The position numbers and the translations under genes were made by a program. The notes under the pieces were generated by a model. The model saw only the letters and a list, made by a program, of their open reading frames with translations, ran no database searches and had not been told where the DNA came from. 64,000 nucleotides of DNA from Lingula anatina. Taxonomy: Eukaryota > Animalia > Brachiopoda. Where the stretch lies: NCBI GenBank assembly GCA_051362555.1, contig CM120641.1, positions 24,372,401 to 24,436,400 of the forward strand, written 5' to 3'. Shown piece after piece: positions 38,887 through 58,200 of this stretch. Position 1 is the stretch's first letter. Every line of letters begins with the position of its first letter.

Positions 38887-40784
38887 TTAGAGATTTTTTC
38901 TGGTTACACATAAATTCTGTTACTGTAAATTTCTACTTTAAGTTTCCAACCTTTTCTATATATTCCAGGAGCCGTGTCGCGCCACATTCTTTCCTCCGAC
39001 TTGGTGTGTTTTTCACCTTCAGGACCCGCCACCTCTTTTGATTGTTTGGCTTTTTTCATGTGATCAAAACTGCATATCTCTGAAATTGCTTCACAGAGCT
39101 TATGGTCGATAGTTTTCCTGAGGAATTCGGCAATTTTAAGTACGTGACTCGCTGGATCATGATTAAAAATTTACACACTTAAAATTATTTATCCCTTTTT
39201 ATCATATCTTTGGAAAAAATGAATTAAATTTACCAGTCTCCATCTCCATCACGAGAATGTCCCAGGAATTACAACCCCAAAAAAATTACAGGAAATAAAC
39301 GCCTTTTCTATATAAAGGTTTCACGTTCAATGTTTCTATGGAAAAAGGAACAACTAGCTCAACACAGATTATTGTATACAGCATTATATTATATTATATT
39401 AGTAGTGGAGTTGCTACCCCCAATAGGCTCAATAGTCGAACCCTGCGATGTTCTTTCCAGTAAACTTTTTTTACAGAAATGCATTCCTTATGCATTCATT
39501 ATGTTCGTTTTACTTGAAGGTGAGCAAAAGCTGAATTTGCTGGGTTTTTTTAATCGTTATTTTATTGAAAACTAGTTATGTCAAGTTAGTATCTTTACTT
39601 CAGGTTCTCAAACCAGGGGTTTGCCCTAACAGAACGCATGCTATTTTGTCAGTATTAACCTTTTGTAGGATAGCCACGTGGTCTCTAACTAAAGCTGCAA
39701 GTGCTTAAGGTCACCTTCAGAAGTTATTGTGGTAGGATACTGACAAATGCGAAACATTTCCAACATTGGCTAGACCATTGAAGGATGAACCATCACCCAG
39801 ACCGTCTCAATAGCACCAGTTGCTCAAGTGCTTCTCGTTGCTGTGCTCTCGATGACAAGGCTTATAGCGGCACACGCTGCAGTTTCAAGCCTACCCAACT
39901 ACCAGACTCGGGACCGAATGATCCCGAATTCACCGGTAGATCGGACCACACTACCCGATAACGAGGTGCACGATTGTCCAGAATGTTATCTGATCCAGAA
40001 TTAAAGACTAATTGTCACGTTTTGCCTGAGGTATCAGTTGTAACTTTTTTATATAAGAGTAGCGTTGGCGGACATATTTCTTTTGTATGATAAGATAACC
40101 AGTCTGTTTTATTTTACTGCCTGCTTAGACTGCAGTTTGTTCTTTTTTACTTAGATACATGTACTTCATTCATTCAAGGTCTTTTTCAGTTGCAAACGCT
40201 GATGGCATACCTTTAACTCTTTTAACCAGAACTGCTGTTCTTATCATCAATTTCATTCAATTTACGATCATCTGAGGGTAATTCAAACCAAGGACGAAAC
40301 TGTTACAGATAGAGTAAATATTGTACAGTTCACAATACATGTACATGTATACTGTATCTGTATATCCGGTTGTTGCTGTTTACAGTCTTTGCACACTGGC
40401 TAAGGAATACCAAAATGTTTCACTTTCAGTATTATCTTTAGTATTGCCCGATAAACAATTCATTTCAACTAGAAAATCTGATCCAAAATTAATTCTAAAA
40501 TTGTTAATTTGCGTTTTGAAATTTTGAAAAATAGATGAAGATATACTTATTTTCCTTTGAAGATATACTTATTTTCCTTAGTCATAGGCAAAAACAGCAA
40601 GAGGTATATGCTATCATCTAAATTCAGCGCTTAATAACAACAATGCTACCGTTTTCCATTCCAACATGGAAATTTAAATATATTGTCTTTATTGATGTCT
40701 TGGAATATTTCCCTTCAAGACAAATCACCTTTCATCTTTCGCTGTTTTTCAGTTATACATGTATAACAGTTTAATAGTTATATA

Positions 40785-43700
40785 TAGTTAGGCGGTTAAG
40801 CTAAAAAATTGTGCAAAAGTTGATAAAAGCATGAAACTTTCCACGATGAATGGACCATTGGGTGTTTGTCAATTTTGGATCGGGGGGCAACTCCAAAATT
40901 CACAAGTACCCGGATGAGCAGCTTTCTTAAAATATGCTGACTCAGCATTTTATGTACATCCAGAATTCACGTAAACGAGCACTACCGGCGTTAATTATGA
41001 TAACATGAATAAATTTGAAAAACGTACACTAACTGTAAACATCTATCACAACAATGATGACGTCATGATGACGTCACTGGGAGATATTGCACAATACAAA
41101 ATGACAAATATCCACTCACTCGCATATGCCAAATAGTCGAACCCTGCTATGATATTTCCTGTAAACGTTCATTACAGAAATGCATCCTTGAGGGCTAGAT
41201 AGGTTGAGTTGGCTTGGTTTCTACTTCCGAGACTTTGAGCATTTTCAATATGGCCGTCAATTTTTAGAGAAAATAGAAAAACAACCAAGAGTTGACAGAT
41301 ATAATTTATTTGTGGCTATTTTGAACACAATTCCCGTCATAAGAACACAGTAGGATAAATGACTGCATACTAGCATGTTTCTGTTATTGAAAAATCAAAA
41401 TGGCCGCCAACGCATACAGCAGAGGATGAAGTATAGCAGTATAGTCAGTCTATAACGTGCATAATTATTCTAATTAAAACTTTTTATGCCTTCGATTTTT
41501 CTGTTCATTTAGATTTTTAATTAGCCATGATCCTTACCTATCATTATCAGCTTGTTTGACACTCAAAAATAAAAGGAATGAAATGAAAAAAAGAAAGAAT
41601 AATTTCAATGGAGGGGGGTATAAATAAAAATATCTGAAAAATAGTATTAAAATATTTCAAAAATCAATTACCGACTTATTTTGGCAATTTCCTTTTGTTG
41701 GGAGTCTGAACTGCTAGAGCACGTTTTAATGCAAAATAAACATTCAGTAGTCAGTTGTTACCATCTCAATCATGTGAATAAATTTTGCTCTTGCAGGGTT
41801 AGACATTAGCATATTTCACTCAGTTGCGAATGAACGCATCCTAACCACCGGGTCTCCCGCTGACGATCTTCCACTAATGAGGCCCTTGAACAAATATTCA
41901 AATTGCCTTCTCTTTTTGCTCGGATCAATAACTATCTCCCGCTGACGATCTTCTGCTGACAAAGTCCCTAAAACAAATTTGAAAATTACCTTCTCGTCTC
42001 GCTCGGATCGCTACCGATATTCCGCTGACGATATGAAAATTGCCTCTTCATCTCGTTTGGATCGCCAAAGTCTAAATGACATTTGCTACGGATGCCGTAC
42101 AATGAACTCGTACACGTTTTCCGTGGGATTTTTTATGACATCGTAAGTGCCTACGGGCAGCGGCAATTACCTCTACAGTACATGCTTGTGCCGTGTATTG
42201 TCGCTAAAGCCTATAGATCCCAACTACGTTTTGGACGCACGTTATTTAGGTTCCTTGCGTCCTGCTAGGACGTAGCTAGAGCGCACGTAGCAGCTAGATC
42301 ATGTCGAAAAGTTTCTACGTGCTGTTTGCGCCCTCCAAAAGTCGCAAGATGGACGTGCTCCTCACGCACGAACTCCCACGTTTTGCCCATTTTTTTTTTT
42401 TCGCCGTAGACCACACGTAGCAGCCCGTACGTTCGGTTGGGACATAGGCTTTATATGAGCTTAAGCCTGGGTCCCAACTCCACGCACGATTTTCAGGACG
42501 TACGGTATTTTAGGTTCCTCTCGTCTGGCTGGGCCGTAGCTAGATCGCAGGGAAGAAATCAAGTAACTGGTGATTGTCATTAGTGCGTAAGAAGAAAGTG
42601 CGTGGACAGTACCTGAGAAGCTCAGCCTCCGCGTGTCAGAAGTATCTCTGCGCCCGACGGGCTTTAGCACGTGTCCCGCATCGTGCACTACGTACGTTAT
42701 GCGTACAAGGAGTACAGGCAACGCAAGGGCAACGCAAGTAGACGTAGGGTATTTTAGGTTCCTCTCGTCTGGCTGGGCCGTAGCTAGATCGCAGGGAAGA
42801 AATCAAGTAACTGGTGATTGTCATTAGTGCGCAAGAAGAAAGTGCGTGGACAGTACCTGAGAAGCTCAGCCTCCGCGTGTCAGAAGTATCTCTGCGCCCG
42901 ACGGGCTTTAGCACGTGTCCCGCATCGTGCACTACGTACGTTATGCGTACAAGGAGTACAGGCAACGCAAGGGCAACGCAAGTAGACGTAGGGCAGCCTT
43001 GGTTGTTGCTCGGCCTTTGCACGGGAATCTTACGTGTTGAGATGTTTTGGGGGAGGTATAAAAACAGGTGCATGTTTGAGAAGGTCATTATATCCGCAGC
43101 AGTGTTCAAAGATGGTGAGCCCAATCATACTTTGCTTGTCCCCGATCCCCCTCTCCCCTCTTGCTCTTTGCTGTCTTTTTAGGCTTTTTTACAACTTGAC
43201 ATCAATTTTTCGGTCGTAGACCAGACGTTGAAGCCCGTATGTTGGATTGGGACCCAGACTAAAGGATATCTTATTGTAGGGAAAATTCGCTTTGTCGGGT
43301 GAAAGTGATCATACCGAGTCCGTTCAGTCTCAGTGCAGTTGCAGCACGCCTTCCGTGTGGCTTTTCTTGGAGATAGACACGATGTCGGGACATATTCCTA
43401 GGATTTTTAGCACTCATGTGGTTAGAATAAAGAAGCACAACTTCAAATTTGTGAATTTGGTGGCTATTTTGCTATTTCTATTAAAATGACTTGCAGATTA
43501 TGGGAAAGAAAGCCCTAATAAACACCATCTCTGTATTTGTTAACATGCAAATAGACTAAAAAATGAATAATCTTCACGCACTGTATATAGTTTGATGTAA
43601 ATTGCTATGAATACTTATCTAATTTTGCGTAAAAATTGGCAGAACGTTGGGTAACGAAAAGTGCCAATGTCCCAGAAGTTAGTAAAGCCAAGCTAAGTTG

Positions 43701-44630
43701 ACTTTTCTGACCAAAAAAGGGGCATTTCTTTTTCAAACAATTACAGAAAACAACATAGTATTGTTCAACTATGGGACCAATTAGATTGGTAACCTGACTA
43801 CTTGGAGGGCTTACGCCCTCACCACACATAAGTTGAATATTAAACAAGCAGATAATGGTAGTGTAGGATAAAAGCTAACGAAAAATCACGATGAACGGAA
43901 AAATCAAAGAAGAAGATGCCATTAATTAGACTGATGATACTAGAAATATGCTAATTTTGCCGATTTACTTTACCCTCTGCCTCTACCCTATGTTTTGGCG
44001 GCCATTTTGTTTTTTATCAGTAACAACGACGTGCTAGGATGTAGTCTTGTGCCCTACTGTGTTCTTCCGACATGAAACACATTCACAACAGCCACAAATA
44101 AAGTACATCCGTCGACTTCTGGTTGTTTTTCTGTTTTTCCTCAAAAATTGACGGCCATATTGAAAATGCTCAATGTCTCGGAAGTTGCAATCAAGCTAAT
44201 TTTACCTTTCTAACCCTAAAGGATGCACTTCTGTAATAAAAAATTACGGAAAAAACATTACAGAGTTCGACTATTGTTCCTGTTGGAGAAAGTGGATATT
44301 TGTCATTCTAAATTGTGCAATATCACCCAGTGACGTCATCGTGACGTCATCATTGCTCTCATAGATGTGCACAGTGAGCGTACCTTTTTTAAATCTATTT
44401 ATGATATCATAATTAGTACTGCTAGTGCTCGTTTTGATGAAATCTAAATGTACATAAAATGCTGAGTCAGCATATTTAAGAAAGCGTCTCATCCGGGTAC
44501 TTGTGAATTTTGGAGTTGCCCCCCGATCCAAAATTGACAAACACCTAAGGGTCATTCATCGTGGAAAGTTTCATGCTTTTATCAACTTTTGCACAATTCT
44601 GGATATAATTTGGACTTAACCGCCTGACTA
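40785..44630. mobile_element. Long-TIR non-autonomous DNA transposon (Academ-like) with ~620-bp diverged inverted repeats
   Basis: Termini tagttaggcggttaag and cttaaccgcctgacta, with ATA on both flanks (3-bp TSD). About 40785-41410 is the reverse complement of about 43995-44630. TAG...CTA ends, long TIRs and a 3-4 bp TSD fit Academ; no transposase ORF is present. Confidence 0.72.
42464..43260. mobile_element. Harbinger-like MITE nested in the long-TIR element, with an internal 244-bp tandem duplication
   Basis: TIRs agcctgggtcccaa and ttgggacccagact. The duplicated block starts at 42505 and 42749. The right end of a related element (ggttgggacataggct) lies immediately upstream at about 42435-42450. 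Confidence 0.7.
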
Positions 44631-44804
44631 ATAACTCCATTTCTTCAGCATTCATAAATTTATGGTTGTTCTTGCTCTAACTTATGGACCAAATACTTAA
44701 GGGTATATAATTCATTAAGGGTATATAATTCATTCACTATAGCAAAATAACTTTCGATATGAGAAATCCATTTCCTTGTAAAAAGGGCGTAAAGAATCGT
44801 TCAA

Positions 44805-45476
44805 AAGGATAATAACTCTTCATATGAAATCTATATTTCACAGTAAAAACATTGTAAACAACTCATAGAAATATAATATATTCTGTTTTACCACAATAAC
44901 GGCTGTTATAGCTATTATTCTGATCTCTGAGCTTGTCATCAGACCACGTGATCTAGATGGCTATACTCTGTAATAATATCTTAAAGGGATAATAACTCTT
45001 CGTTTCGGCCAAAAAAATGAATTTTCCTGGAGTAAACAACAATTTTCCCATACTTACCAATGGTTAATGAATCCATTTTTACATTCAAAGTTAGTCCCTG
45101 TTTTTTTTCTAAAAAGTTTGTTTTTTTGTTAAAATCTCTTAAGAGATTTTAACAGTATAGCCTTCAATGGAGGTCACGTGGTCTGTAGACAAGCTCAGAT
45201 ATCAGAATAATAGCTATAACTGCTGTTTTTGTGGTAAAACAGAATATATTATATTTCTATGAGTTATTCACAATGTTTTTATTGTGAAATATAGATCTCA
45301 TACGAAGAGTTATTATCCCTTTAAGAGATTATAACATAAAACCAAACTTTTTAGAAAAAAACAGGGACTAACTTTGAATGTAGAAATGGATTCGTTAACC
45401 CTTGGTTAGTATGGGAAAATTGTTGTTTACTCCGGGAAAATTCATTTTTTGGCCAAAACGAGCAGTTATTATCCCT
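44805..45476. mobile_element. TTAA-targeting ~340-bp MITE (Kolobok/CryptonV-style ttaaaggg...ccctttaa ends); one copy (44985-45320) inserted in reverse into another
   Basis: Inner TIRs agggataataactcttcg and cgaagagttattatccct are flanked by TTAA on both sides. The outer halves rejoin to match the uninterrupted copy at 55837-56178. Confidence 0.8.
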
Positions 45477-46083
45477 TTAAGTTTGCAAACAATGGTCATT
45501 TACGGTAGTGTCAAAAAGAATGCGATAGGTGAGACACGTGTAACAACTCTGATGGGTATCATCACCTCCCACCATGTAACATTCGCAGAGACGGCTAAAA
45601 CAATAAATCTGTTGATACCCCTTCTTCCTTTATAAGTACCGTTTTCCATTATTTGTTTCATGCATTCGTATATGATATAGACACGTATAATATCTAGAAT
45701 TCTTTATTCTTATTTCAAAAATGCCCTTCGATGTACTGGATATTCTTATTTCAATACAATTTATTTTGAATCCACATGGTTATATTTCCACATGGTTATA
45801 TCCCCGTTCTATTCTTGAACAGCTTGACTTGCTGATATTGTTATAAAAGTACATTTTTTAAAATTATGTTCTTCTGTACACAATTCCTAATAAGTATTCA
45901 AAATATGTGTTCGTTGGTCGATAGTCCAGTCAAATTATCTCCAATGTGCTCCGTTATCCCTCCTCCCAGCAATTTGTATTAATTTTTTCTCAGAATGGTT
46001 TCCCCCAGCCTTACCCTGCACCTGAAATTTGTTTTCTGTGTGGTGTTAGTATGTAATTTAAGATTCCCTAAATTTTTTAGTCA

Positions 46084-48931
<2,848 letters not shown>

Positions 48932-49065
48932 GTTGTACTCTACTGATATTTCAAGTCATACCAGTGCAGTTTCTTGTAGGGGGCCTTGTTGTTATTTTTT
49001 GTGACCTACTTTAAGTGCATTTGGTAGAGGCTGAGACAAGAGTCCGTGCTCGCGAATGACCACAC

Positions 49066-49099
49066 ACATGCACACGCACACACACACACACACACACAC
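49066..49099. repeat. (CA)n microsatellite between the two SULT first exons
   Basis: Seen directly in the sequence. Confidence 0.85.
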
Positions 49100-49557
49100 T
49101 ACATTACTGCGCTTCAATCAATTAGTAAATATTAACCGAGTTCACAATAAAGTCATAAAACTCCGACTGAATGTGATTTATATGTCTTTCGAGTAATAGA
49201 AACAAGAGTTACACGTAATTATGACGTTTCCACGAAAAAAAACCTTCATGGACACAGTGAAAAGTGTATAATTTTTTAGTGAACTGTGTCAGTTGCACAG
49301 ACTTTTTCAAGTTCGGACGCACTATTGTGACATTGTATTGTAGTATTTGTGACCTTCCAATAACTAGGTCTCCTTTTATGCCTGCAGGTAGGCCTACCTG
49401 TGTGTCACAACGTTATCCCTCTGTGAACATTTCCATCTGCTGGCGTAAATTAAACTATTCCCAGTTTGAATTGGGCCAGTTAATTCTGCATGGACCATTA
49501 AACACATATAGTCTAACAGTTACCAGCGTTCATGTACAGAACTACAGGGGATCTTAC

Positions 49558-49747
49558 CACATTTGGCCATGGCGCAGACCCATACATCATCAGCACGTGC
49601 GATTAAATCTGAGAGCTTCCTCAAACGCTGCGTCAGGTTCGGGAAGCCGTGAATCCCGACCAAATCACCAAACTGCTTCCACTGAAATGGGAGCCCGTTT
49701 CCGTCAGTCAGTTCAAAAATAGTGTCCTCCTCCTGCTCCTCAGCCAT
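49558..49747 (-). CDS. Additional sulfotransferase first coding exon; probable alternative exon 1 of copy B
   Basis: Intact ATG-initiated 190-nt exon MAEEQEEDTIFELTDGNGLPFQWKQFGDLVGIHGFPNLTQRLRKLSDLIARADDVWVCAMAKC-G. It ends in a strong phase-1 donor G|gtaaga compatible with exon 47700-47371. Confidence 0.75.
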
Positions 49748-50437
49748 CTTGTCAAAGTCCAGTCTCAATTAAGCGGATTATTTTTATCACCTCAGGTTAT
49801 CGTTACAGTCAACATTCCAGTTGCATAATGGTATAAAGTCCGTAATTGTATACAGTCTCACCTTATTATTTATTACATATAATCGCAATGATTTACAAAC
49901 GATTTTTTTCCATATCATGTTGTTCTCAAACTCACCATTTGACCAGAGTAAAGGTATAACCATGACACACAAAGGACACTAACGAGATAGCGTTCATAAA
50001 GCACAGCACAGATTTAATAACAGTAGAATATAAATCAGAACGAACAAACTTGGCTAAGTAATATCAGATGTAAAAAAATAAGTAAGTTCATGCATATGCA
50101 TATGCATGTAAAGAATTATTGATCTTGGTGCTTTTTTTTTCAGCGGTATTGCTCAACCACGAATTTGATTTTTAATCAAGTTGTTCCTTTATTCAATTCA
50201 TCTCAGATTTACTCCAATTTATCTTCAGAACTCTCTTAAAAGCATATCATCTAGCAAAATAATGGATTTTGTGATGCAAATGTGTAATTCGACTGGATTG
50301 TATACTTAATAAAGAACTACAAGCTATATTCATACCGACAGATAATGCTAAAGGAGACTTTTTTTTCTTTTTTACCTTTTCAGCGATAGCGTTAAAAAAG
50401 GAAACAAAAAGGAAAAAAAATGGCTAGTCAACTGTCG

Positions 50438-54134
<3,697 letters not shown>

Positions 54135-55228
54135 GTTGGTCAAATTCAAAGCTTAGAAAAAGGGTTGCGAAGGTCCAGTAAACAATGCTGAATTTAAACT
54201 GTATTCGCGTTCTTTGCACCAAGATATACTGTGAGGATCTCCATGTTCAGAGGTTCAGCATTCATGAATTCAGATAAAATAGACAGCAAAGAAGATACAG
54301 TTGTAAATGCATTTAGCCTTACATTAAGTAAATGCAGGCCATAAACATATTTTCTGCAAATGTTCTACCTTTGACATATAGATGGGGCCTTTTTCATTAA
54401 ACACGTGGTTAAAACATTGCAAAATGTACTATGACAGGGTTTATGTGTTTTACAGTGGCGCGTTGTGTTACAGCCAATACTAACGCTAATGTTTGTTTGT
54501 TCTGCACTGGAGATCTTTTATTTATTAGGCATATATGGACTACATGTGATAGAAGATGCGAGCACCGTCTCCCCTTCGATTTGACATGCAGCTTCCTGGG
54601 CGCTGGGCTATTTTATTTCTACCGTTGCTTCTACTTCTTTCCCGTCAGTTCCACCTCTGAGTTTAAGCTGTTAATTCACCAGATATTCTTGAGAGCAAGT
54701 TCTGTGCACATCCAGTGGAACCCATCTAGATAGTAGTTGAAGGAAAAAACAAGAACAAGACAGGGGCGGATCCAGGATAATTTGAAAAAGGGGGGGGGGG
54801 GTCGATCAAAAATTGGTATTTTAGAGGGCGGACGGTGCCATTTGGTGTGGTTCAGAACTAAGATTCAGCTAGTCAAAATTCTAATTTTAAGAGGGGACCA
54901 TTGGTGTGATTCTTTTCAGAAATCGAAGAGGGGGGGGTCAGCTTGTTTTGAGCTAAATCTTTATAATTACAACGAATATTTCTACCCACCCAATTTATAA
55001 CTTTGCATTGCTTCCAAAACTTTGACAACTCCTCAGAAAGTAAATCTTTTTTTTTACCATAACGAAATTTAAAAACAATTGCTCTTATTAATTTTTTACT
55101 ACCGTACCCATGGTTAGTTATTGTTCTGACAATAATTGTGTTAGCTGGGACAACTGCTGATTGGTTCACGGAAACTCACGACAATATTTCGCCACTTTCC
55201 GCGGCACGTGGGAAATGTGTTGATGAAG

Positions 55229-58200
55229 ATGGCAAGTCTGCCGAGGCACCACGGCGTCATTACGCATGATGTTTATGTTACAAATCTTTCAGTAGATGCA
55301 AATGAGGTGAGTGGAGTTAAACTTAATTCTCGTGCAACTCTGGCTCTGCCTCATTTAATCGGAAACCGAGATACATACGTTGTATATCGGCCTCATTCTG
55401 TCTTGTCAAAACCATCTGGTTCTTTTCACTTTCGACCTCATAAATGTGATGTTAGATGTCTTGTAGGAAGTTCGGTCATCCACTTGGCAGCAATATATGT
55501 TTACACATAATGGCACGTTTGAACTAAGTTCATTGTCGTTTGTTAGGACTTATACTGATACATGCAGGCATCATAAAACATCCGATAAATACTATTTAGC
55601 AGTCAGTGTCACAGTGTATTATATTCCCTTTTGCTGTAATCTTCATTATTAGTTTACTGACATAAGTAGAGATTTCAAAAGATTGTATGCTGCTTTTAAA
55701 TTGCCATTTATGCTTGGCTGTGTGACCAGAGGAAGCCCATAAGTAAGTACCTGTACATATGTTATTAATATGATGATTTCCATTTGTTTCTTGTGGTAAA
55801 TATTATCTTAGATCATCTAAGGCTCATTAGTAATAAAGGGATAATAACTCTTCGTGTGAGGTCTATATTTCACAATAAAAACATTGTGAATGACTCATAG
55901 AAATATAATATATTATGTTTTACAACAAAAACAGCAGTTATAGCTATTATTCTGATATCTGAGCTTGTCTTCAGACCACGTGACCTCCATTCATGATGGC
56001 TATATACTCTGTTATAATCTCTTAAGAGATTTTAACAAAAAACCAAACTTTTTAGAAAATAACCAGGGACCAACTTTGAATGTAAAAATGGATTAATCAA
56101 CCATTGGTAAGTATGGGGAAATTGTTGTTTACTCCAGGAAAATTCATTTTTTGGCCAAAACGAAGAGTTATTACCCCTTTCACCAGTTATGGCATCAATT
56201 TCTCTTTTAGGATAATATTGGAAGGATATTTCAGAGATATGGGAAATATCACTCCATATCACTAGAAAAAAATTACAAGCGTCCTAATTCATTGGTGGCG
56301 TAAGTTATGACTGTTAAAATCATTTTCTTAAAACTGTTTTCTGCATTTTAGAACAGTAAAGCATATAAGAAAAAAAAAAGCATTTAACTTTATAAAATTA
56401 TAACTTTTCATACTGCATGTTAGTCAATTTAGAATGATATTTACACAGAGCAATATATAAAGCTTTGACTTTTTGACTACCACAGTACGTATATGCAACT
56501 GCATTTTGTCTTCATTTTTGCAAGAAAGAAAAAATTTCAAGTAGATTTATATAAAAATAACTTTTTAAATATAATTTTATGAGATGGCAAATGGAAATAC
56601 CCTTAAATTATCACCTTACAATTTTTGGTTGGTGTTTTGGTGATCTGAAATAATGGTAAACTCTCTTTTTGTGGTACTTGTTTGGTGTTTGATTAATGGC
56701 AAAGTTTTCCTCTCTTTCAGTACAATCTCTTTCTATGAACAAAGGGAAGCTTTGTGTGCATGCTCAGAGATGAATGGGAAGTTAGTTGAGGGAAGAAAAA
56801 TATTTGTGAACATGAGAAGACAAGATAGGTGGTTTTTAGATACAGCTAACAAATGATCTTGAAATTTCTTTCAAGGCCTGTGCCATAAATATTTCAACCA
56901 ACTGGTCACTTGTCATGTATTTAGTGCACAAACCTTGATTAATTAACAGAAAGAAAGTTTTGAAAAATATCATAATAAGTACTAGACTCTCAGAATAGTT
57001 TAGTTGATGTCATTATTTTTAATTAACTCAATTTATGGTTTGTTTTTTATGTAAGAAGTTGCATGGTTTTTTCTAACCATCCTTTTAGCAAAGTGTATTG
57101 AAGTATGTATTTATATTATGTGATTTTTCTGCTATCTTTGTGTCTTTCATTAAGATCCAGTGACTACGTTGACCACAGTATGGGGGATGGCAGGGACTCA
57201 GGTACAAACTTTTTAAAAATTCATAAATAACAATCTTTATTTTCTTAGCATCTACTCCAACACCCCTGTGGAAAATTTGAACACAGTGATCTTAATTTTA
57301 TGACTGTTGGTAAAGTTTCCTGCTTAAAATCATTACCCAATTTTTATATTGATAGTTCTTTGATATATCCAAAGCAAATAAGATGTATTTATTACTTTAT
57401 TAATGTCTCTGAACTAGGCAAACTGTAAGCATATCTCCACATGTCTTTAGAATTGTTATTCTGTTGCACGTCTCATAATTCCGGGAATTACTCGATCGTT
57501 TCAATCTGCAAAAATTATCAAAATTTCAAATACATAATTTTATAATCATAAAAATTATATTTCTCTATTGTATTTATGGTGCTTTTACTTTATAAAATAG
57601 AACTATAGAGTAACCTGCTTCTCAATTTTGTTGCTACCACTTGGTGGGAGTTTTTCAATTTAAAGAAATTGTGACTGAAAAATTACAGTATCTGTAAAGT
57701 TCACAATTTCCCCCCATTGAAAAGCTCGAGTAATTACCATTATATCGGAATACACTTCTGAAAATCGTGTTAGCATTTGAATACTAATAAAGGTTAGTTT
57801 TTAGGGTAAATTTTAAAATGTATTTCTAAACATTTCAGTCATGAATAATAATGTTGTTGGGGAGGTAAGTACTGATATGACAGAATAAGCAAATTTATTG
57901 TAGTTTTTTGAAACACCTACAGTGTCTCTTGATACTGTCTTCATTTGTTGTTTTTCTGGGACAAATCTTTGTTTTTGTACCAGGTTGTGTAGTGATTTAA
58001 AAAGCAGGTTTTGTAGCAAGGAAAAAGACATAAAATATGACATTCATTGCTTAGAAGTTGGTAATTTTCAAAGAATAATTACACTTATATACAGTCAGTA
58101 TGACCTGGTGGTATATATATAACAGATATTCTTTTACATGTAGTTTCTGTTTTCAAATGATGTTTTAGCCAAGTTGTGGGAAACCAAAACTCAAAACAGA

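Larger units (their letters stand above)
36445..39158 (-). pseudogene. Cytosolic sulfotransferase pseudogene (copy C); only the last two exons are recognisable (39158-38951, 36552-36445)
   Basis: The 208-nt exon is homologous to exon 4 of the intact copies, but its acceptor reads CAT instead of CAG. The last exon has RKVKAGDWK (G>V in RKGxxGDWK) and an 8-nt frameshifting deletion (GAA[CAGATGAA]AGGA). I could not find exons 1-3 for this copy. Confidence 0.85.

Noticed and set aside
42461-43182. Overlapping ORFs of 64-162 aa
   Set aside because: They lie in a duplicated MITE interior and show no transposase or other recognisable motif.
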